Source of the DNA: Marsupella aquatica
Taxonomy: Eukaryota; Plantae; Marchantiophyta
Direction of reading: 5' to 3'
Assembly (NCBI GenBank): GCA_973895155.1
Contig: OZ316894.1
Span: 10,216,379 to 10,280,378, forward strand
DNA: 64,000 nucleotides
Shown: positions 44,865 to 55,946 of the stretch, piece after piece
Position numbering within the stretch: the stretch's first letter is position 1
Layout of the letters: every line of letters begins with the position of its first letter
Position numbers and translations under genes: made by a program
The notes under the pieces: model-generated
What the model saw: the letters and a program-made list of their open reading frames with translations, nothing else
Told to the model about the DNA's origin: nothing
Databases searched by the model: none

Positions 44865-45078
44865 AATCTTGCCCTCACCTCCACATCTTGCCCTCTCCTC
44901 GACATCTTTCCCTCACCACAAAATCTTGCCTTCTCCTCGACATCTTGCCCTCACTGCAAAATCTTGCTCTCTCCTCGACATCTTGCCCTCTCCTTGCCAT
45001 CTTGCCCTCCCCGCAAAATCTTGCCCTCTCCTCGACATCTTGCCTTCTCCTTGACATCTTGCTCTTGCCTCAAAATCT
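44865..45078. repeat. Minisatellite of ~19-20-bp units (atcttgccctctcctcgac variants)
   Basis: About 11 direct copies of the atcttgc(c/t)(c/t)tc core. Confidence 0.85.
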
Positions 45079-45080
45079 TT

Positions 45081-45107
45081 CGTGCAACGCACGGGCATGG
45101 GGCTTGT
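45081..45107 (+). mobile_element. Helitron-like 3' end
   Basis: Hairpin CGTGC-AAC-GCACG followed by GGCATGGGG-CTTG|T (degenerate CTAG|T), directly after the minisatellite. Confidence 0.45.
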
Positions 45108-47505
45108 GACAATATAAAACATCACTGATGCATTTCCATTTGACTTGATGCATTCGTAAATTTACTCAAATGAATACCACATGCATTCAGGCTCAAGTTG
45201 TGAACTCGATCTACATTCATTGCACTCATTAAGGAATCTAGCCTCGTGGGATCAATTACAACCAAAAACCATCAGATGCAAATGACTAACAGAAGAAGCT
45301 CAAGAAAGCGCTTTTAATCCCCATGGACTTAAAGACGTCTCAAAAGGTCTGGAATGGCAGTGCTTCACACGAGAGTGACAAAATTTCCTTTCAAAACTAA
45401 GTTGCTACCAGTGGTGGACCTCGCCACCCAGCGCCCTCACCTATCCCAGCACTTGCGCCTAAGTGCCCTTGGTGCCCGAATGCTTTCACGGAATACCTTG
45501 AGCAAGCATCCAAGTGCTTCTAGCACCACCTGCGGCCCCTCCCATATAAAGCCGCACTTGCTCACCTACACAACCTCTACTCGACGGTCCTCACTGTCTG
45601 CACAAGAAACCAAGCACCTCGGTAAGTAACCCCTCTGGATCTACAACTCGCCAAGTCTAGCATCCTAACTCAAGCTCAACAGACGTTGGTAAATAGGTCA
45701 GCGATATGTCCTCCCAATGCCATAAGTCGGAACCAAAACCCATGCCCATTGTCCATCCAGGAAAACTCCTTCCTTGGGTGCGGCCCGGGTTCCCCTTCGT
45801 ACCTATCCATCACCAACTGACCGCCCTGACCTCAGGACATGCTCATGGCCCAAATAGCGTAGCTTGTCCCAAGCTTGTCTCAACACGCCGGGACCAGAAC
45901 GGCCCCGACTCTAATACCCACTCCCGGTTTGCCCCACTGATGGTCTAGGGACCAAGCGCCCTTGGGACTTAGCCTCCATACCTACTTGGCCTTGCCTCCC
46001 CAATGCAAGTTCCCTTGGGAGGCTGAACGCGGCTTGGCTGCTGTTCGGCAAGATTTGGCAAGCAAGCGAGCTAACATCCGCAAACCATGAGAACCCATGG
46101 TACCCCCAGACCCAACTGAGCTTAGGAGGGCGTAGCCCTTCTCAAGAGATTTCCAACACACCTAAGAAGTCCTCCAACAGACTTCCCGTTGGGAAGATAT
46201 TGCCATTTCCGTTTGGCGGTTTCCCTTAGTGTCGCGACTGCCGCGGCTCACGACTTCGGCTCGGCCTTAGCCCCCCAGGGAGACACCACTCCCCTCATAT
46301 ATGCTTCTGGAGACCTGCCACCCCCGGACCAACTTTGGTCCCTAAACATTTGGCCCCCAACCCGGATCCCATCGCGCATAATGGGCGCGCCACCAACTGG
46401 CAACGCCCATAACTTTCTTGATAGGCATCCGCAAGCGGAGTGCCTTAGCCCGTTGTTACCGGGCCGATCCCGTGCTCATGCCTAGGCCCTCAGGTCTGAT
46501 CGTCGCTCGGGGCCCTCGATCGGCCCAACCCGGATCGGGCCACAACTTGCGCCCCAAACGTCCGTTGCCAATGGCGTCAACTCCATTGGCCTTGGGCCCA
46601 AGAGTAGCTCACTCCCAAGCCCTCAAAACTCAAACTAAGCCCCTCCGATGGTCCGGATGGCCATCCTTGAGCCCGGCCCATTTCTCCTTGACCCTACCAG
46701 CCATAGGCTAGTCCAAGTCCTTAGTGTGTGTCCCCAGCTCGGCCCCTTGCCTCGCTAGTGCCACGTCTCATTGCCCACAAGTCTCCCCATGCTAAGTCCT
46801 CCCCGGATGACCTATCCGGGCCTGGACCATAAGGGAGCTCGGCGTCGGAGTCAGCGACGTTGGAGCTAAGTGTTAAGGTAGTCGAGTTCCGCGACTCTAC
46901 CTTAAACAATGGAGCTTTCATGCTAACGGCTGTGCTATTAGAACACAACATGACAACCAAAGAAGCACTCTAGTCAGATTGAAGTAGTACCTATGCATAA
47001 TTTGAAGGTACCCAATAATAATCAGTTTTGACTTAACCTTGTAAGAAACCTGGTGCTTTAATCAACTCCAGCCCAGTGTTAGAAGACCAGTAGCAATGTA
47101 AGGAAACGTTCAGGACCCATTGTATAACCCTAAACAAAAATACTGCCAAAGACAACAGTTAGAAGACCAGAAGTATCATTAAATAACCCAAAGTATATAA
47201 CAAATTCGTAAATGTGTATTCCTCGACCTTCATAGGATTCGTAGGTGGCGATCTCTTAACTGCTACCTCTGCACATACTGCAAAGCTACTAGACTACGGT
47301 ATAAATAAATACGTAGTGATCTTTGTTGAAGCTTTCAGAACTATGGAAATCAAATTCACGGGGAACGGGCTCGATCCCTGTAATATCTACCAAGTAGAAG
47401 CTTCGCTGCCTTTGTGGCCATCTTCAAGTTTTTAGTAAGGAATCCAAGGGCATATATGATCAATCACATACGACGTTCCAATGATGTGATGAATGCCGTA
47501 ATCTT

Positions 47506-50500
47506 TTTTTTTTTGCCTCGAAAAAACCAATTGAAATTCATTCAAAAAGCCAGCATACAAAAAGGGTGGCCCACAAGAAGGGGTTGGCACCCGGGGGGAC
47601 CAAAGGTCAAGAAGCCCACAGGACCGGAGAGGCCGGCACCAGGAGAGAAGCACGCCCCAAAGAAAGGAAGCCAAACCAGCAGTTTAACCACTACAGAAAG
47701 AACGACAAACCCCAAAAGAACGGTCAGTGAACAGGCGCCGGCGGGGCACCCAACAGTGAATCCGCGATAGGAAGAACTATCAGTCTAGCCTGCAGTACTA
47801 CTTCTACTCCTGCAAAAAGATCACATTCATGGTGGTCTAGGCGGGACCGGCGGGACCTGCAGAATGTCTTCATGAATTGCCCACAGAGCACTCCATGATC
47901 CGTAGTTCATGGTCATGTCATTGATGGCATTCCCATACGTGGACTTTCCAACCCTAATTTTGTATTGATGTCTGGTCCAGTCCCTACGTAGGTAAATTGC
48001 CAATCTGTGCCAGGACTTCCATATGATAGCATGGCCACAAGATCTGGTATGTTCGATGAAATGTGAGCTTCTGTCCTTCCAGATGTGCCAGCAGACAATA
48101 GCCCGCAAAATGTGCCACAATTTCACTGGTGTGTCCCAAGCATCAGGTAAAGGAGCCCCCACCAAGATGTGAGCAGGATGGAGTACAATGTGATTGCTAC
48201 CCGTGGGGGATGCACTCCGCAAGATGAATTGGACCCACGCCCAAACCAAAGATGAAATTGGACAGTCCCACATGCAGTGCATGAGGTCCTCCTGTTGGTG
48301 AAGATCACAACGTGAGCACCGAGTGAGGGCATCCGTTGATGGCAGAGTCGGGAGTTGCCAATGTTGAGTAGCTGGGATCCGATAGATGAGTTGCCATAGG
48401 AAACAATTCTCTGAGGCCGCCCGGAATGGAAGCCAAGTGTCAGTCCACAAAACCTGAAGGTCCGGCCTCCAATTGAGTTGGGTGGCCCATTTCAGCACTG
48501 CCTTATGCACTGTTGTCCTCATAGGGCCTTGGATGTTCCTAAGGTGTGCTGTATTGGTTTCCATTAGAGGAATCCCATCCTTCCATTCGTGTTGAATGAG
48601 GATAGCCAGCTGTTCTATAGGCCTGCCAATGCGCGATAGAGTCACCGATGTAGGACGATGTGCTCGGATGATAACTCTGTGCAGCTCAGTATGTGGAGGA
48701 GGGGCAGAGGTATCCATCTTCTGCAGCAGGCCATTGAAGACCCTGAAGGTTCTCACCAGGTTGGCTGAGTCGTGGAATAGTTGCCAAGTAGAAGTGATGT
48801 GATTCCTCTGAAGTTTGTACTCCCAGATACACAGGGTATCATCTGGTAACCTTGCCTCCATAAAGACTGGAATCCGCTGCCTTGGATTTGAGTGAAGCTC
48901 TGGTACCCCAATAAGATTTCCAATCAATCTCCGATAGGCCAAGGCACAATTACCGGGCAGAATGCAGCCTGGGCCTTCAGTCCAACTGATAAACTCACCA
49001 TTACTCTTGAGGGCATCCCCCATCATCAAATACCCATTCGTCTGATTCTCCTGTGGGGATTCCGGGAGCACTTAGCCAGCATGTGGTCGATATGGTTGAG
49101 GTGTGGTCTCCAGAGAGGGAGCTGAAGCCATCCTTCCATGTGGGTCGGGGCGGTGGGTCTCAGATTCTTCTTAAGCACATTCCATTCGTTACAAATGTTA
49201 ACCCAAACCCGGGATCCATCTCTAGGCAGAGTGTGGCATTGCGTGACTACCCAAGAGAAGTCTTCAACTCCCCACTTCTGTAGAGAGAGCATCCTGATTT
49301 TTTGCTGGAGTATGCGCCTAAGGGGGTGCTCATCCTCAGCAAGGGCCCAAAGAATAAAACTTCCTGTGAGAGCCCTACGTTGAGCGGAGAGTGAGATCAG
49401 CCCTAGTCCCCCAAATCTTCTAGGCCGGGTGATTGTGGCAAAATTGACCCTGGGTCTTGTCCTCTCATTCTGTCCAGCCCAAATGAAGGCAGTGATCTTC
49501 TTCTACATTGCGTCCAAGGTGCCCTGCTGCTCGGCCCAAACAGTCAGCAAAAACCAGAGAGTGCTCATGACCAGGTGGTTGACCACCGTGACTCGGGCAA
49601 CAAGAGAGCCAGAGGCCTTCCTAATCTTATTCAACTGAGATTCCAGCTTCTCGATGAGTGTACTGACCATCCGTTGCTCAGAGATGCCATCTGCAAAGGG
49701 GACGCCAAGGAGTTTGGTAGCTGTCGTGGCATCCTCCCAAATCCAGGGTAAGCTTTGAAATTCAATGGGAATCTGTCTAGGGGAGATGAATGTTGCTTTG
49801 GTTTTCTCCCAAATACAGAACAAACCAGATGCCCTACCAAAAAGATCCAGGAGCCGCTTACTGTTGTTGACAAACTCCATCACAACCCGAATGACCATTG
49901 CCAGATCATTAGCAAAAATATTGTGGATGCAATGAACATCAACCGAGGGGAAAACCACTCCCTGCAGGGTGCCCTGTCTAGCTTCCCAAAGAATCATCCA
50001 ACTTAGAGCATCAATTGCAATCAAGGAAAGAAGTGGCGATAAAGGGCACCCCTGTCTCACTGATCTAGCTAGGTTGAAAGGAGGAGCCATTTTACCGTTC
50101 AAAAGGATGGATGAAGACGCAGAAGCCTGTGTGGCCGCCAAAAATTGAGTGAGTAATCCCCCTAATCCAACCTTCTCCAGCAGAGATGAAAGAAAAACCC
50201 CACTCCAATTTGTCAAAGGCCTTTGTGACATCGAGCCTGAGGAGAAGGAAATCCATGCCGGTGGACTTTGCCTGGTGTATAGTCTCATTTAGTAGCAGCA
50301 GCGAATGGTATATGTTTCTCCCTGGGAGGAAAGCAAACTGTTGTGGGGTGATGAAACGTTGGAGAATAGGGGTAAGACACAACTGCAGTGCCTTGGCTCC
50401 TATCTTGTACAAAATGTTTAGCAAGGTGATAGGGCATTTATTGTTTAGATACCGTTGATCATCCTTTTTGCACAGGAGGACAATGAGGCCCCTAGTAAAT

Positions 50501-50527
50501 TCCGGCAGAAAAATCCCTTCCTGCATC
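47506..50527 (-). mobile_element. 5'-truncated, decayed L1-type LINE (RT + zf-RVT)
   Basis: RT motifs PITLLNILYKI, QFAFLPGRNI, LDVTKAFDK, QGCPLSP, FAND (mutated FADD), KLLG; CCHC CSRC...EDLMHCMWDC; poly(A) seen as T11 at 47504-47514; TSD ccgtaatctt at 47496-47505 and 50528-50537; frameshifts and a stop split the ORF. Confidence 0.93.
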
Positions 50528-50946
50528 CCGTAATCTTGGTTACTAAATAGTTGTAATCAGACTACCTCTCATGTAGTTTCATCCCTTACCTTTGTACTGG
50601 AAGGGCGCCTTCCTATCGTTTCCATAGCCGTTGCATTGGTGTAAGTAGGTGACAGCATCTAGCGAGGGATCATTTGCTTGATCAGACCCCAAAATGAAAC
50701 ATGTTACTTGGTAGGATCCCTGAGTTGAGTGATCTAGACCGCTCGGGGGGTTGACTATCAAAAATCTTAGGAACCACGTGCGATCCAAAATAGGTATTTT
50801 TGATAGTAATTAACTAAATTTTTAAAAAGCGTAGGAGGCAAAAGAAGGTATTATAAACTCATGTTTATAGAATATTCTCTAATATATATTTTTTATAAAA
50901 TAAAATAGGTTATTAATATTGAAAATGGAGAATATTCTTGGAATAT

Positions 50947-53900
50947 TGTCGCGTCCCTAACCTGGGCCTTAAATCCAGTTTAGTTCCATGACGCAACCTC
51001 GACCACCAGTAGGGGTGAGGGTTCGGGCAAGGAGGTGTGTAGTGGCCCCGTTTAGCCCTAAGTTGGGCTAAGTCGATAAACTTACTGGTATAACACTTAC
51101 ATAATTCGTACTAGTTATAGGTATATTTGTTTTCCACCGCTGGAATTTTTCCTTAGTTAGTGACTCGGACTAACTCCCGGCTTGGGGCTTTCAAGCCATC
51201 GATGCGATAGAACCTTGTGACATGCGATGGGTGGCAATCCCTACCATTAGTCCGCACCCGGTACGTCCCTTGAAATGGCGCCTTTGCCCAGACAAAGCAT
51301 ACACACAACACCAGTTACTCGCGGAAACATTAGAGGGAAAAGACTATATTTACTCAGCAAAGCATCAGTTTACATGGTTGACTCAACTTCTAAGGGGGTC
51401 AGTAGGCCCAACGGCAGTCGATGCCCAGTCTCTACAAGGCCCCGCCTTGCACTTGCCCAACAAGCTCGACTCTGGCTCTCACTCCTTGGTGCGCTCTGAC
51501 CCTACTCAGGCCGGGACTCCCCGTGTCTCGCCTTTTCTTCTGCCGAGATAACTAAGCCTTCCCCCCCTTCCATAGCGGAAGGGGAAGCCTAAATACTACA
51601 ATTGCGGAAGAGAACGGGAGGATACTACCTTCCGGGATACTACCTACTGACTAACGTCCGCCCGCTCTGACTGGTTGACTGTCGACGACAAGGGTGCTGA
51701 CCAGAATGGCAGCGACCAAGCCTACTGACAAAAATCTAGTCCGTTGATGGACTCCATCCTACGTTGGCTGATCCTAACTGATCTGGCCCTAATTCTTCCT
51801 ACTGCCACTAATCGGCGCCTAATGACAGCTTTTCTATCGTTACGCCTAACCAAAAGATGCCGCTGACTTAACTGCCCCGCGTGGCGCTTGCTTCCACCCT
51901 TTGCTAACCGCCCCTTACGTGTGTGCTGTGGTTGGACCAGGGTTGGTCCCCCTGTCGGGGCGAGACCTCGAGCCGCCTTGATCAGAGGTGGGCCCAGGTT
52001 TTCCCCGCTGGAGGACAAGTAGGGCAACGCGATCCTGCAAGGCCTTGTTGTCCCGCACCGCCTCCTCCACCTTGTTTGCAGCTTCATTGGCCTCTGTCTG
52101 GAGCCGCGCTACCTCCAGGTTGAGCTGGTTAATGGTGTCGCGATGGGTTTGGTCCTGCGCCAGCAATTTATCCCGTTTGGCGGAGAGACTAGCTACGTGC
52201 TGAACTATTTGTTGAGGTCGGTCAGGATGGTAACCCGAGCCAAAGATTCTGAGCGTAATTGAAGCACGGTGTCGTCCAGCTTCTTGAGATCTACTTGCGC
52301 TCCGCTCAACTCCTGTGTTAGTCCGTCCCTCTGTTTGACGGTGCGGACTAACTCCTCGCGGCGGGTAGTGGCCTCCTCCTCGAGGTGCTCTACCAGCATT
52401 TGGAGGCGCCCGATCTCATTCCCCTTCGCCATGAGTTCTTCTTCCAAGCGGCTCACGATCCGTGGTTGGTGCTCTAACATGAAGAAGGCTGGTTGAAAGT
52501 ATGCCGCGACTTGTTGTCCGATGTACGTCGCCAGCTCCCCAGACATAGTCTGGCTAAACTTCTGGACCAGGTCGTAGGCCATGGTCCCCGGGGCTACTTG
52601 GTAGTCCTCCATCCTCTCGGGTACCGGTGGTTCCTCGGGCGGGGCAACAATCTCCTCCGTAGTCTGCGCTGGGGAGGGGAAGGTTTCTTCAGGTGGTGGA
52701 GGGATTGGGGGTGGTTGTACCGCAAGTAGCGGAGGCTCGACGGAAGGGGGCGGCGGAATTTCATTAGGAGGAGGTGACGGAGTATTAGTCGGGGCCTCCG
52801 GCTTGGGGTTTGGCCGAGGAGCGATAGTCCGTGCGCTCGGGGTTGCCTCCTCTGGGGCGGGGGTGACATTAGTCGGGGCTGAGGTGGCCATATTCTTTCC
52901 TCTGGCCTCCCGCCGTGCCTTGTACCAGGCGAGGATGATGGCAATATGACTTCCCAAGTAAGTCTTCCCCCCAATAGCCATACCACCCTGAGCCCGCTTA
53001 AGCTCCCCCGAGAATCTTTGGTAAAAGAATTGGGCCCAGTTCTGCTGTTTGTATTGTTCCACCTGCACGATTGTGCAGAGGGAGATCTCGGATCGTGGCT
53101 CAATCATGTGTAGGGTAGTCCGTATGAAGTTAAGCCGCTCCATGCAGATTAAGTTGGTGCACGACCCCTGCTTGTATCCGTTGTCCGTCCGTCCAGAGTA
53201 AGACCTTATCCCGAATTCGGAGTTCAACCGGCACCGGCCCGGTTGGTAGGCAGAAGATTTGCGTTAACCGATGCTCCGTGAGTGATAAAACCTGTCCCGA
53301 AACCTTGGTGGTTGATGTGTCCGTGTCGAAATTGGAGATAAACTCACAAATCTCCTTTGGCCCGGCGGCGCACGGCCTCCATAGCAAGTGGGCGAACTGC
53401 TCCAACTGATGCTCCTTGAGATAGTCCGCATGGTCAAGTTTCTTGATCGCAATCCAGACTACTTTGGGGAAGCGGATTACCTATAATAAGTTGGACTTCG
53501 GGTTATCCGGGGGCCGTCGGGTCTGGTTGGCCGGGGGGTTTGTCGGGGCAGGCGCAGGCGCGGCGTTGGTTCGCGTTGTTGATTTGGGGGCCGGCGTCGT
53601 CCTTGCCTGCTTACGAGAATGCTGCTCGAGTTGCGAACTAACTCGCTCGGAACCCGAAGAACACTCTGTGTTGATCACTGGACGGACTTGGGACCGGTTT
53701 GGAGGTATGCCGGTGGTCATCGACTGAGGTGCTGGTGGTGTTGGGGTGGCCATATCCCAGTCGAAGGCGTTGGAACTTTCCCCGAGGAAAGTAAGATTAC
53801 GTGCCGCTTCCCGTTGTCTGCTGATGTCTTCTTGGCGCTTTTCGGTTGCGATCTACTGGTCTAGGTACCCCGGAATCTTGTTGAACTTTGCTTGAGTAAG

Positions 53901-54739
53901 CCGCTGGCTGCCCTTCAGCCTAAAGAACTTTGCTGGGACCTCAAGAATCGCCTCTGCTACCGATCTAAGCCCTTCCTCGCTGAGATATAGCTCGGTGACG
54001 TAGTCTCGGCTCGTTGTAGCTAGAATCCCTGGTGATGGCTGTCTTCTTGCAATTAACCAGTGCTACCTTGGCCACCAGCTTCCCGTATCTTCGTTCGTAA
54101 GCGGCTTTCTTGGGACAAGAGTACCAGTAAGTCTCGGAGAACTTAGCACCTACCTCGCCAAACAAGGTCCAAAATCCCAAGGCTGTAAGGGTCATACTAA
54201 CCTTGTAGTCCGGTTCGTCGAGTCCGCGTTCCCACCCGGCTGGTCCTCATGCTTGTGGAGGCCTTGCTCGTCCTGACTAAATCTCGCCACATTCCGCTCT
54301 TATCCCTCGATAATCTCCTTGTAAAGGTCAGCTTGATTTGAGCCAAAAAGGCGAGTGAATGGCAGCGTCCACAAATTCCAAAAGGTAGAAATGAGCAAAT
54401 GGCCCATAGTGCCATTGGCTCCTCTCTTATGGAGGTGCCAGGATGAGCCTGAGCGTGAGAAGGCCAGGCCGTTGATAATGAGCTGAAGTCGGCGCCTTGG
54501 TCCAAGCGTGATTCTTCTAACAGATTTTTACTCCGCCGCCGCCACCATACCTCAGTCGCGCGTAATAATCCTCCTCCTCAACTCATAATCATTTGGTCAA
54601 CTTAACCTACTCCTAATCTATTCATAAAGGCAACAGACGGCTATACGTGCTATCCTACACTATGGCTACGGTCCTAACGACCGTATAAGACCTAATCTAC
54701 GACCGGGGTTCGATTAAGTGACACGTTACCCGTGTCACA
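50947..54739. mobile_element. 3.8-kb TGT...ACA element with 5-bp TSD (LTR-retrotransposon-derived; solo LTR or deletion derivative) nested in the MULE
   Basis: aatat|TGTCGCG...GTGTCACA|aatat (TSD 50942-50946 and 54740-54744); GC-rich interior contrasts with AT-rich MULE arms. Confidence 0.75.
51915..54570 (-). pseudogene. Long disabled ORF of the TG..CA element: plant-transposon-protein-like domain, Pro-rich linker and coiled coil
   Basis: Segments join through in-frame TAGs (~53853, 53481) and frameshifts (~53220, ~52205). The core LLWRP...ICEFISNF...KVSGQVLSLTEHRLTQIFCLP...NWAQFFYQR resembles accessory ORFs of plant Ty3 elements; no gag zinc knuckle, PR, RT or IN motifs seen. The 5' limit is approximate. 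Confidence 0.55.
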
Positions 54740-54945
54740 AATATTTTCTTTATAAAATAGGTCTATTTATATTAGGCTAGGATTGCACGTGGTACCCCAA
54801 AATATACACTTAGTTAACCCCCCGAGCTAGACCGTTGATTGACCTTGAATCAATGTACCCAAAACTTGATCCAGACCGATGATTGACCTTATATCAATGT
54901 ACCCAAAACTTCAGGGGCACTATCAATTAACGCAATTCATTTTGC

Positions 54946-55106
54946 GGTCTGATCAAGCAAATTCCTTGCATCTAGCTGAATCACATTTCCCAGTAAGGTA
55001 TGACACTGAACTGGATTCATTGGTTTTAGGGTCTGATCAAGCAAATTCCTTGCATCTAGCTGAATCACATTTCCCAGTAAAGTATGACACTGAACTGGAT
55101 TCATTG
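54946..55106. repeat. 84-bp tandem duplication of the MULE right TIR tip, TSD and flank
   Basis: ggtctgatcaagcaaattccttgcatctagctgaatcac...ctggattcattg at 54946 and 55030. Confidence 0.9.
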
Positions 55107-55654
55107 CCAGTGAATGTCATATTCATTGAGCATGCTGCTGAATGTTGCAGCATTTTCTTCACTCAGCTCCAAAAGGTCCTTCTTGTCCGGACTAGACTAA
55201 GTCTCCAAAGATAGACAGGGTGCATGATCAATTAATATGCAAGTCAAGCTTGAAGTTAATAAAGCTCTTCTAGGTTGAAGTAAAGGATAATTGAGTATTA
55301 GGGTTGAAGTAAAGGATAATTGAGTATTAGGGTGTGTCAAAGTTCTCTCGTAATCAAAGTGTTACAGCTTTATTTATTTATTTTTAACGTATCACCCGGG
55401 GTATCACCCTTGTGGGGTACCTGTTTTGGTAGCCCATACTAGTGATTTGGTCCTGGCCGTAATGTGTTATGTCCTGAGCCGTAACTGAGTTACGACTGTG
55501 CTTTGACATGCCCTAATCTTAACGTGTCCTTAATTTCCTTGGCGAGTAACAGATATGACTGATTCTCCAAGCATCTACCAAAATGAGAACATTTTGGCAC
55601 CCACAACCACCCAACCAAAAATGATATTTTCCTAACCCCAACATAAATCCTAAC

Positions 55655-55946
55655 TGTTGAGTATTGCTCTTAGTCTTGTGACTCTAGAGCTAACCACATT
55701 TAGGCTAACTCAGGTTAGGACTTAGCTTAGGTTAGCAGTGATGCATGTTGTATATAACCAGGGCTGATGCTAGCCTCTGGTGGATCTTGAGTTCGTTGTT
55801 GGAGTGGAGCAAGAGAGAAGTAAAGGTCTCTTGCTTTCCCGTGGACGTAGCCTCAGTCGTGAGGTGAACCACATACTCATTGTGTCAACTACTTTGTATG
55901 GTGTTCACATGTGCATGGTGTCTAGGGATAAGGATTATCCCCAACA
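55655..55946 (+). mobile_element. Solo LTR, Ty1/copia-like (292 bp)
   Basis: TGTTG...CAACA termini, 5-bp TSD ctaac (55650-55654, 55947-55951), TATA-like tatataa, copia-type motif ccgtggacgtagcc...gaaccac. Confidence 0.85.

Larger units (their letters stand above)
50664..54967. mobile_element. Non-autonomous Mutator-like (MULE) TIR element, ~0.5 kb without its nested insert
   Basis: 9-bp TSD gcatctagc at 50655-50663 and 54968-54976; long imperfect TIRs (atttgcttgatcagaccccaaaatgaa / ttcattttgcggtctgatcaagcaaat; gctcggggggttgacta / tagttaaccccccgagc; accacgtgcgatcc / ggattgcacgtggt). Confidence 0.8.

Noticed and set aside
45354-46960. GC-rich block with several short ORFs
   Set aside because: Probably a decayed retroelement, but no diagnostic motif, terminus or TSD could be identified.
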